From positions 1 through 32,068 of the forward strand of contig JAJOKM010000043.1 of the NCBI GenBank assembly GCA_021129835.1: a stretch of DNA of 32,068 nt, in the 5' to 3' direction. This DNA comes from Thermodesulfovibrionales bacterium (lineage in GTDB: Bacteria; Nitrospirota; Thermodesulfovibrionia; Thermodesulfovibrionales; Dissulfurispiraceae). This document shows, piece after piece, positions 16,206-23,743 of the stretch (within the stretch, counting starts at the first letter, position 1; each line of letters begins with the position of its first letter). Below the pieces are notes generated by a model. The model did no database searches. It worked only from the letters and a program-made list of their open reading frames with translations, and was not told the DNA's origin. A program made the position numbers and the translations under genes.

Positions 16206-17594
16206 ATGAATAAATACGATATTATCATAGTTGGCGCCGGACCAGCCGGGATCTTCTCTGCGATGGAGCTTATTGCGAATGCTCCCGAGCTGAGGATTTT
16301 ACTTATCGAAAAAGGAAAAGACATCGGCACTCGCCAGTGTCCTATGGATTCAGATGGCAGAGTCTGTAGATTATGTCCTGAATGTGCTATTGTGAGTGGA
16401 TGGGGCGGAGCCGGAGCCTTTAGTGATGGGAAGCTTAATCTCTCTTCTGAGATAGGGGGATTTCTTTTAAAGTATGTAGATACGGTAACACTCCACTCTT
16501 TAATAGACTATGTGGATAGTATGTATGTAAAGTATGGCGCCCCCCATAACCTGTATGGCGGTGACGAAAGAGAAGCTGCAAGGATAAAGGATATTGCATC
16601 AAAGAATGATATCATGTTCATACCCTCAAGAATAAGACATATTGGCACGGGCAGGTGCAAAGATGTGCTCGAAAAAATGAGGGAGGCTACTGCCGAAATG
16701 GTCTCGATAATGTTTGAAACAGGTGTTCAGAGAATCATCGTAGAAAAGAAAAAGGCCATGGGCGTAAAACTAAAGAATGGGCAGGAGATATATGCTAACT
16801 ATGTAATCCTTGCCTCAGGGCGGGCAGCATCAAAGTGGCTCGAAACGGAATTTAAAAGACTCAAACTCACCATTTTAAAAAACCCTGTGGATATAGGCGT
16901 GAGGGTAGAGTTGCCTGCATCTATCCTTGAATCCCTGACGAGCGTTGTCTATGAACCAAAGATGATATTTTATTCGAAGAGATTTGACGACAAGGTCAGG
17001 ACATTTTGTGTTAACCCTTATGGGAAAGTGGTGAAAGAGTATCTGAAAGGCATGTGGACCGTAAACGGCCATAGCTATGCAGAAAAAAAGACAGACAATA
17101 CCAATTTTGCAATCCTCGTAAGCACCTTCTTTACAGAGCCTTTCAGTGAACCAATATCATACGGCACTTATATATCAAGACTTGCCAATCTTATCGGAAA
17201 TGGTGTAATTGTCCAGAGACTTGGAGATATTATGAACGGGAGACGCTCTACGGCTGAACGAATATCGAAGGGGATTGTAGAGCCAACCCTGAAAGATGCC
17301 ACACCGGGCGACCTCAGCTTTGTTCTTCCATATCGCTACCTTTTTAATATTTTAGAAATGCTTGCCGCACTGGATAAGATCGCACCAGGTGTGAATTCAA
17401 GGCATACACTCATTTATGGTGTGGAGGTAAAATTTTATTCTATACGGGTTAATCTGACAGATAGTTTCGAAACAGAGATAAAAGACCTCTTCACAATCGG
17501 CGATGGAGCTGGTGTCAGCCGGGGACTTATACAGGCCTCTGTCTCTGGGGTAATAACAGCAAGGGAGATATTAAGGAGATATGGAAGACTTTAA
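16206..17594 (+). CDS. FAD-dependent oxidoreductase (COG2509-like, function unknown)
   Basis: It has the dinucleotide-binding motif DIIIVGAGPAGIFSA, a Cys cluster CPMDSDGRVCRLCPEC, and a C-terminal GDGAGVSRG. The family assignment is from memory of similar proteins. Confidence 0.7.
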   Translation: MNKYDIIIVGAGPAGIFSAMELIANAPELRILLIEKGKDIGTRQCPMDSDGRVCRLCPECAIVSGWGGAGAFSDGKLNLSSEIGGFLLKYVDTVTLHSLIDYVDSMYVKYGAPHNLYGGDEREAARIKDIASKNDIMFIPSRIRHIGTGRCKDVLEKMREATAEMVSIMFETGVQRIIVEKKKAMGVKLKNGQEIYANYVILASGRAASKWLETEFKRLKLTILKNPVDIGVRVELPASILESLTSVVYEPKMIFYSKRFDDKVRTFCVNPYGKVVKEYLKGMWTVNGHSYAEKKTDNTNFAILVSTFFTEPFSEPISYGTYISRLANLIGNGVIVQRLGDIMNGRRSTAERISKGIVEPTLKDATPGDLSFVLPYRYLFNILEMLAALDKIAPGVNSRHTLIYGVEVKFYSIRVNLTDSFETEIKDLFTIGDGAGVSRGLIQASVSGVITAREILRRYGRL

Positions 17595-18225
17595 AGTAAT
17601 CAGAGACTCAATGGTTAAAACACAGCTTATTCCAAGGGGAATAAAAGACGAGGGCGTCCTCGATGCTATGAAAAAGGTTCCACGCCACCTCTTTGTGCCA
17701 GAATCCAGCCGGCATAATGCTTACGAAGATATGGCATTATCTATAGGTGAAGGGCAGACCATATCCCAGCCGTATATGGCTGCAGTAATGACAGAGCTTT
17801 TGGAATTAAAAGGTGATGAGAGGATTCTGGAGATTGGAGCGGGTTCCGGTTATCAAGCAGCAATATTGGCTGAACTGGCAAAAAAGGTTTATACCATAGA
17901 GAGGATAACATCCCTTGCAGATGGAGCCTTGAAGCTACTGGCAAGCCTTGGATATGAGAATATTCAGGTAGTAGTTTGTGACGGGACAAAAGGTCTGAGT
18001 GACAAAGCACCATTTGATAGAATTTTAGTTACGGCTGCTGCACCTGAAATCCCTGAACCCCTTGTAAGTCAGTTGAACGAAGGCGGAATTATAGTTGCAC
18101 CAGTTGGAGAAAGGTTTTCGCAGGTATTGATTAAAGGGAAAAAAGAAAAAGGTCTCCTTGTTAAAGAGCAACACACTTCATGCGTCTTTGTCCCTCTTAT
18201 TGGCGAATACGGTTTGAAAGGATAA
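17581..18225 (+). CDS. pcm: Protein-L-isoaspartate O-methyltransferase
   Basis: It has GEGQTISQPYMAAVMTELL, the SAM-binding motif ILEIGAGSGYQAA, and DRILVTAAAPEIP. It overlaps the upstream gene by 14 nt, and the RBS is AAGGAG. Confidence 0.95.
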   Translation: MEDFKVIRDSMVKTQLIPRGIKDEGVLDAMKKVPRHLFVPESSRHNAYEDMALSIGEGQTISQPYMAAVMTELLELKGDERILEIGAGSGYQAAILAELAKKVYTIERITSLADGALKLLASLGYENIQVVVCDGTKGLSDKAPFDRILVTAAAPEIPEPLVSQLNEGGIIVAPVGERFSQVLIKGKKEKGLLVKEQHTSCVFVPLIGEYGLKG

Positions 18226-18282
18226 CTGCAAGACAATGGACCCCAAAATTTGGACAGCATGCTAAATTACAGTTGAGGTTCA

Positions 18283-19248
18283 ATGACAGTATCTGTTGTA
18301 ATTCCGTTATATAACGAGGAAGAAAATATTGAGATGCTACATGAGAGGCTGAAAGATGTCCTCAATAGTCTCGATACAGGGCATGAAATAATTTATGTGG
18401 ATGATGGCAGTACAGACAGGACATTAGAGTTTCTCGAGGGCATACAAAAAAGAGAGAAAGATGTCATGGTTCTCAGCTTGAGGAGAAATTTCGGACAGCC
18501 CGCCGCCTTTGCAGCGGGCTTTGATTTTGCAAGGGGAGATGTTATTGTAACAATGGATGGGGATCTCCAGAATGATCCTGCAGATATTCCTCGACTCCTT
18601 GAGATGGCAAAGGAGTACGATCTTGTTAGCGGATGGAGGAAAAAGCGGAAAGACAATCTTTTCACAAGAAGGATCCCTTCATCGATAGCCAATTGGCTTA
18701 TAAGTACAGTTACCGGTGTCAGGCTTCGTGACTATGGGTGTTCTTTGAAGGCTTACAGGAGAGATGTGATTAAAAATCTGAGACTCTACGGCGAAATGCA
18801 TAGATTTGTTCCAGCGATAGCCAGCTGGTACGGAGTGAGTATTGCAGAGGTAGAAACCACGTACCATCCAAGGCTCAGAGGCAAATCCAAACATAGTATC
18901 TCAAAGACTATAAGGATATTGCTTGACCTTATGACCGTTAAATTCCTGCAGAGTTTTTCTCTAAGACCGATGCGATTTTTTGCCACTATAGGAATGCTCT
19001 CGGGCCTTTCTGGTATAGGCATATTTATTTATCTTATTGCTGAAAACATACTGAGAGGCACCAATATTGGCGACAATCCTCTTTTCCTTTTGGGTATATT
19101 GTTGCCAATAGCAGGCGTTCAGTTTATTGGCATGGGACTTCTTGGGGAGATGATCGTAAGGGCACATCAGGAGGGGCAGAAAAGGCCTATATACGCGATA
19201 AAGAAGATTCTTGGCCCTGGTGGCAAGAGAAGCAGAGATGAAAAATAA
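18283..19248 (+). CDS. Family 2 glycosyltransferase, polyprenyl-phosphate sugar synthase type (GtrB/ArnC/DPM-like)
   Basis: It has VVIPLYNEEENI, YVDDGSTDRT and the DxD motif DGDLQNDP, plus two C-terminal TM helices. The sugar specificity cannot be read from the sequence. Confidence 0.85.
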   Translation: MTVSVVIPLYNEEENIEMLHERLKDVLNSLDTGHEIIYVDDGSTDRTLEFLEGIQKREKDVMVLSLRRNFGQPAAFAAGFDFARGDVIVTMDGDLQNDPADIPRLLEMAKEYDLVSGWRKKRKDNLFTRRIPSSIANWLISTVTGVRLRDYGCSLKAYRRDVIKNLRLYGEMHRFVPAIASWYGVSIAEVETTYHPRLRGKSKHSISKTIRILLDLMTVKFLQSFSLRPMRFFATIGMLSGLSGIGIFIYLIAENILRGTNIGDNPLFLLGILLPIAGVQFIGMGLLGEMIVRAHQEGQKRPIYAIKKILGPGGKRSRDEK

Positions 19249-19326
19249 AAGTCTTTTTTGACAGGGTTCGAGGATCCAATCAAACTCTTAAACATTTCAC
19301 TCGAATCCTTGACCCCTTACAGATTA

Positions 19327-21216
19327 ATGCATAAAGAGCAAGACTGCTATGACGTGATTGTTATCGGTGCGGGGCATGCCGGGTGTGAGGCAGCCCTCTG
19401 CACTGCCCGATCAGGATTGAATACCTGCATCTTTACGACCAACCTCGATACTATTGCTCAGCTTTCGTGTAATCCCGCCATCGGAGGGCTCGCCAAGGGT
19501 CATATTGTCCGTGAGATAGACGCCCTTGGCGGCGAGATGGCGAAGATTACGGACCGCTCAGGCATTCAGTTTAGGATGTTGAACCTTTCAAGGGGACCGG
19601 CCGTCTGGTCCTTAAGGGCACAGGTTGACAGGGTTTTATACAGGCTAAATATGGCGCAATGCCTTGAAAGGCAGAAAAATCTGACAATAAGGCAGGATAT
19701 AGTCGAAGAGATAGTGGTCGAAGGTGGAAAGGTCAAGGGTGTTGTCACATCGTTGGGGACTTTTAGTGCATCAAAGGCGATAATAGTCACTACCGGCACA
19801 TTTCTGAAAGGGTTGATACATATAGGCCTTGCCAATTTTCAGGCTGGCAGGGCGGGTGAGTTTCCTTCAATAGGGCTATCTGATTCCTTAAGGAAACTGG
19901 GGCTTAAGTTGGGGAGACTAAAGACAGGCACGCCACCGAGACTTGACGCGAAAACTATTGATTTTTCAAAGACTACGCCCCAGCATGGCGACGACCCACC
20001 TCCGCCGTTTTCTTACTCCACAGAAGAGATAACAAATCCGCAGATACCTTGTTATATTACATATACAAACAAAAAGACGCACAACATAATCATGGAAGGT
20101 CTTGACAGGTCGCCACTTTACGGTGGAAGAATAAAAGGAATTGGTCCGCGATATTGCCCTTCCATAGAAGATAAAGTCGTCAGGTTTAGCGATAAGGAGA
20201 GACATCAGATTTCTTTAGAGCCCGAAGGACTCGAAACGATAGAGTATTATGCCAATGGGATATCTACAAGCCTGCCATACGATGTCCAGATAAGGCTTGT
20301 CCGGAGCATTGAAGGACTTGAGGACGCCAATATTATGCGACCTGCATATGCTATCGAATATGACTTCGTATATCCAACACAACTAAGACATAGTCTCGAA
20401 ATTAAGGGTATAGATGGTCTGTTCCTTGCTGGGCAAATTAATGGGACATCAGGCTACGAAGAGGCCTCCGCACAAGGACTAATGGCGGGCATAAATGTCG
20501 TCTTAAAGTTACGTGACAAGGACCCCCTCGTCATCAGACGGGATGAGGCATATATTGGTGTCTTAATAGATGACCTTGTCACAAAAGGGACAGCTGAACC
20601 ATACAGGATGTTTACTTCGAGGGCAGAATACAGATTACTTCTGAGGCATGACAATGCAGATTTCAGGCTAATGGAGAAGGGACATAAAATCGGCCTTGTA
20701 TCTGATGCCGCCTATGAAAAGGTTAAAGAGAAAAAAAGGATGATGAACGAGGAGATCAAAAGGCTTAAGGGTGTGCGAGTTAAGCCATCTGATAAAATCA
20801 ATGAGGCCCTTTCTACTATCGGGACATCGCCCATAAGAGAAGAGGCATCTCTGGAGAACCTTTTAAGGAGACCAGAGATTAAATATGGTTTTATAAGGCG
20901 ATTTTCCCCGTCTCCATATGGTTTAACATCTGAAGTAGAGGGCATTGTCGAAATTAATGTTAAGTACAACGGCTATATCGAGAGGCAGGTTAAGATGGCA
21001 GACAGATTGAAGAAGCTGGAATCTAAAAAGATACCGCTCGATTTTGATTATAGATCAATCCAGGGGTTGTCTAAAGAGGTCGTTGAGAAACTATTAGAAA
21101 TACAGCCAGAGACTATTGGTCAGGCAGGCAGGATGCCAGGCATTACTCCTGCGGCAATATCCATAATATTGGTTGCGGTCGAAAGATATTGGAGACAGAT
21201 AAAAAGCCCCTGTTAA
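19327..21216 (+). CDS. mnmG: tRNA uridine 5-carboxymethylaminomethyl modification enzyme MnmG (GidA)
   Basis: It has the FAD motif YDVIVIGAGHAGCEAA, NPAIGGLAKGHIVREIDALGG, and C-terminal GQAGRMPGITPAAI. I place the start at ATG 19327. The track's TTG at 19258 would add 23 non-conserved codons. Confidence 0.95.
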   Translation: MHKEQDCYDVIVIGAGHAGCEAALCTARSGLNTCIFTTNLDTIAQLSCNPAIGGLAKGHIVREIDALGGEMAKITDRSGIQFRMLNLSRGPAVWSLRAQVDRVLYRLNMAQCLERQKNLTIRQDIVEEIVVEGGKVKGVVTSLGTFSASKAIIVTTGTFLKGLIHIGLANFQAGRAGEFPSIGLSDSLRKLGLKLGRLKTGTPPRLDAKTIDFSKTTPQHGDDPPPPFSYSTEEITNPQIPCYITYTNKKTHNIIMEGLDRSPLYGGRIKGIGPRYCPSIEDKVVRFSDKERHQISLEPEGLETIEYYANGISTSLPYDVQIRLVRSIEGLEDANIMRPAYAIEYDFVYPTQLRHSLEIKGIDGLFLAGQINGTSGYEEASAQGLMAGINVVLKLRDKDPLVIRRDEAYIGVLIDDLVTKGTAEPYRMFTSRAEYRLLLRHDNADFRLMEKGHKIGLVSDAAYEKVKEKKRMMNEEIKRLKGVRVKPSDKINEALSTIGTSPIREEASLENLLRRPEIKYGFIRRFSPSPYGLTSEVEGIVEINVKYNGYIERQVKMADRLKKLESKKIPLDFDYRSIQGLSKEVVEKLLEIQPETIGQAGRMPGITPAAISIILVAVERYWRQIKSPC

Positions 21217-21276
21217 GCAAGCAAGGTATGAGTTAATGGGTTAAAGGCAGTTTCCAGTTACCCGTTGACAGTCTCC

Positions 21277-21325
21277 AATTTCTAATTTCTAATTTCTAAG
21301 GTATATGCGAACCTTGAACCTTGAG
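21277..21325. repeat. Two short heptamer tandem arrays in the mnmG / HMA-like convergent spacer
   Basis: AATTTCT x3 lies at 21277-21297, and GAACCTT x2 plus GAG lies at 21309-21325. Confidence 0.85.
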
Positions 21326-21327
21326 TT

Positions 21328-21702
21328 TTATATCAGAAGTGTTAGTATCGCTAAAGGAGAGCCCTTCAACGCATTTTCTACAAAGGATCCTAAAACAGCC
21401 CTGCCAACTATCTGCCCTGCCTCTAAGGCAGCCTTCTGCAGATACTCATCTTGTGTCATAGCTCGAGATGCATCAAAATAGCCTCTTCTCTCTAAAACAG
21501 CGACAATGTCATTCTGTTTTACTGCCTTGGGGTTGTAGTTCACAAGAAGGCTACCAGTAATAAGATTTATATCTGTAGTAGCAATCCCTTCTATCGTGCT
21601 CAACGCCATCTTTAGCTCATCGACGGCGATTGCATTATTTTTTATAGCAGGGCTCTTTACTCTCAGCCTTCCTGGGACATTATGAATATAATAGCTCATC
21701 AT
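21328..21702 (-). CDS. HMA-like (ferredoxin-fold) domain protein without a CxxC metal site
   Basis: YYIHNVPGRLRVKSPAIKNN...IEGIATTDINLITGSLLVNYNP resembles HMA2-type domains (PGRLRV motif). The sequence contains no Cys, and the tail is hydrophobic. I place the start at ATG 21702. The track's TTG at 21747 lies in a hairpin loop. Confidence 0.6.
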   Translation of the reverse strand: MMSYYIHNVPGRLRVKSPAIKNNAIAVDELKMALSTIEGIATTDINLITGSLLVNYNPKAVKQNDIVAVLERRGYFDASRAMTQDEYLQKAALEAGQIVGRAVLGSFVENALKGSPLAILTLLI

Positions 21703-21720
21703 CTTAAGTTTTGAGTTATA

Positions 21721-21758
21721 AGTGTTGAGTTTTGAGTTAACATCCAAAACTCAACACT
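21721..21758. repeat. Perfect 14-bp hairpin within heptad-like units (GTTTTGA GTTATAA GTGTTGA GTTTTGA GTTAAC)
   Basis: AGTGTTGAGTTTTG (21721-21734) pairs with CAAAACTCAACACT (21745-21758) around the loop AGTTAACATC. It lies immediately upstream of the HMA-like gene. Confidence 0.85.
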
Positions 21759-21787
21759 CAACTATGCCTAATTAGACATCCTGAATT

Positions 21788-22081
21788 TTATAGGATGTCT
21801 CTCTTTGCTTTCCTGTATGTTTTACATTTTGGATAGTCAGAACATCTGAACCTCAAAGCTATATCTTCTCTTTTATAAAGGTTCATTGACTTTCCACATT
21901 CAGGACAAGTAGGTCTGTCCTTAATGCCAAGTCTCTTAGCGCCGACGGCAAATTGTCTCCCACACAAAAGGCATAGAAAGCGTTGTCTTCCTGTCTTTGA
22001 CTTCCCGTATTTGTAAAAAACATCTAAACCGCAAGTTGGACATTTAATTGCAGCATCGTTTAATACTCGCAACACTGTCAT
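21788..22081 (-). CDS. Small double zinc-ribbon protein (transposase IS1/IS1595-type N-terminal ribbon plus topoisomerase-type C4 finger)
   Basis: CPTCG..x19..CLLCGRQF with YGKSKTGRQRFLC resembles the InsA/IS1595 zinc ribbon. CPECG..x17..CSDYPKC resembles zf-C4_Topoisom. The ORF is 97 aa and no transposase catalytic domain lies nearby. Confidence 0.6.
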   Translation of the reverse strand: MTVLRVLNDAAIKCPTCGLDVFYKYGKSKTGRQRFLCLLCGRQFAVGAKRLGIKDRPTCPECGKSMNLYKREDIALRFRCSDYPKCKTYRKAKRDIL

Positions 22082-22168
22082 ATAGTAATTATAACTCTTT
22101 AATTGTTACACCTTTATGACAGTTGTGTTAAATTTCTGTTGCAATTTTCTGTAGGCGTGGAATTCCGG

Positions 22169-22195
22169 TGTCCACAGGCTTCCAGCCTGTGGACA
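22169..22195. other. Perfect 12-bp stem with a 3-nt loop, downstream of the M23 gene
   Basis: TGTCCACAGGCT-TCC-AGCCTGTGGACA. No U-tract follows on the minus strand, so it may be a terminator or stabiliser, or a member of a dispersed repeat. Confidence 0.5.
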
Positions 22196-22210
22196 ATATG
22201 GTTTGGCGGA

Positions 22211-23563
22211 TCATTGATTATCGGGAAGATGTGCCACTTTATCAGCTCTCAAAGGTAAATATACTAATTTGCTGCTGGTAAGCCCCTCAAGGGCATTAAT
22301 ATAAGTCAACTGCCTCTCTTTGACGCGATTGAAGTCTGACATGTAATCTGGCCTTACTGATTCGGCTGCCGGAAAATCTAGGGTCAAAAAGTTTACCGGC
22401 CTTCCCCATTGGCGGACCCCAAAACTCAGATGAGGCCCAGTAGAAAGACCTGTAGAACCAACATATCCTATTATCTGTCCCTGCTCTACCCTGACGCCCT
22501 TCCGTATACCCTTCCCATAGCGAGATAGATGCCCATAAGTGGTAGTAAATTCACGGCTATGGCGTATTTCGACAAAGTGTCCATAGTCTCCTCTCCAACC
22601 AGCATGAGTGACTACTCCATCGCCTACTGCCATTATAGGTGTGCCTGTAGGGGCAGCAAAATCGGTGGCGGGGTGTGGACGATAAATCCCCAAAACAGGA
22701 TGAAACCTCCGAGGAGAAAAGTGGGAGCTAATGCGGTAATAATTTAATGGGGAGCGCAAAAACTTTTTCTTTAAAGACTCACCCTGCGGAGTGTAATAAC
22801 CCTTACTTCCCGCTGGGCATTCAAAGAAGATAGCCGTGTAAGTCCTTTCGCCTCTCTGATATTGGGCAGATAATATTCGCCCTTGCCTAATTGGTATATC
22901 ATCTTTATAGTATCGCTCCCAGACTATCGTGAAGATATCTCCAGGGCGAGTCTCACTAAAAAAGTCTATCTGCCATGCAAAGATATTAGCAAATCGCACA
23001 ACCATTTCAGGAGCTAAATTCTCTCTCTTCATAGCTTTATATAAGGAACTCTCGATTTCACCTCTTATCCCAACCATATGTTTATCTAAGGAGACCTCTT
23101 GCTTTGAGGCTACTAATTCTCCGTCTTCTGATTTCTCGACCAGATAAATCTGCGTGAGAGAAACCTGGTATTTGAAACTCTTGAAATCGCCGCATCCATA
23201 AAAGGTGATTTCATACTTATCTCCTGGGCGACCCCTTTTAAGATTAAACACAGACCGCATCGATTCTTCTAAGGCAAGAATTTTGCTCGACGGTATGCCG
23301 TTTCTTCTTAGAGAAACATAGAGAGGTTCGCCCGCCCTTATCTCCCCTTTTATTACCCTTGTGGGAAGAGAGAGTTTTGGTAGTTGTTGCTCCACCTCAT
23401 CACTCGATAGCTTTTCTGCCAATACTTCCTTTACAGATGCCGTCTCTGCCGGCAGATGGGCAGGAGGTACCGTTTCTGATCTGAAGGCAAAAAGTCCTAC
23501 AATAATTAGTAAACTCATGACACAAGCTAGAAGAAACCACTTCTGATATTTTTTACTTTTCAT
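22211..23563 (-). CDS. M23 family peptidoglycan endopeptidase-like protein with a degenerate HxH motif
   Basis: It has an N-terminal TM or signal segment, HxxxD (HPATD), YGHLS, and GSTGLSTGPHLSFGV where GPHLHFE is expected. A strong RBS GGAGGAG is present. Confidence 0.85.
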   Translation of the reverse strand: MKSKKYQKWFLLACVMSLLIIVGLFAFRSETVPPAHLPAETASVKEVLAEKLSSDEVEQQLPKLSLPTRVIKGEIRAGEPLYVSLRRNGIPSSKILALEESMRSVFNLKRGRPGDKYEITFYGCGDFKSFKYQVSLTQIYLVEKSEDGELVASKQEVSLDKHMVGIRGEIESSLYKAMKRENLAPEMVVRFANIFAWQIDFFSETRPGDIFTIVWERYYKDDIPIRQGRILSAQYQRGERTYTAIFFECPAGSKGYYTPQGESLKKKFLRSPLNYYRISSHFSPRRFHPVLGIYRPHPATDFAAPTGTPIMAVGDGVVTHAGWRGDYGHFVEIRHSREFTTTYGHLSRYGKGIRKGVRVEQGQIIGYVGSTGLSTGPHLSFGVRQWGRPVNFLTLDFPAAESVRPDYMSDFNRVKERQLTYINALEGLTSSKLVYLPLRADKVAHLPDNQ

Positions 23564-23588
23564 CCATCTCCTCCTGGTATAATCCTCT

Positions 23589-23737
23589 GTAACTACTCAG
23601 GTTCAAGGTTCAAGGTTCACGACAAAAAAGGTTCCACGTTCACAGTTCACAGTTTACGTTAACTGATAACTGGCAACTGATAACTATCCTTTATAACCTC
23701 GAACCTCGAACCTCGAACCTTGAACCTGAGTAGTTAC
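23589..23737. repeat. Heptad-periodic palindromic element (copy d) with perfect 20-bp terminal inverted repeats
   Basis: GTAACTACTCAGGTTCAAGG (23589-23608) is the exact reverse complement of 23718-23737. The arms are GTTCAAG x2, GTTCACA x2 and CTCGAAC x3. The core at 23650-23698 is identical to 7798-7846. Confidence 0.92.
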
Positions 23738-23743
23738 CTCTAT

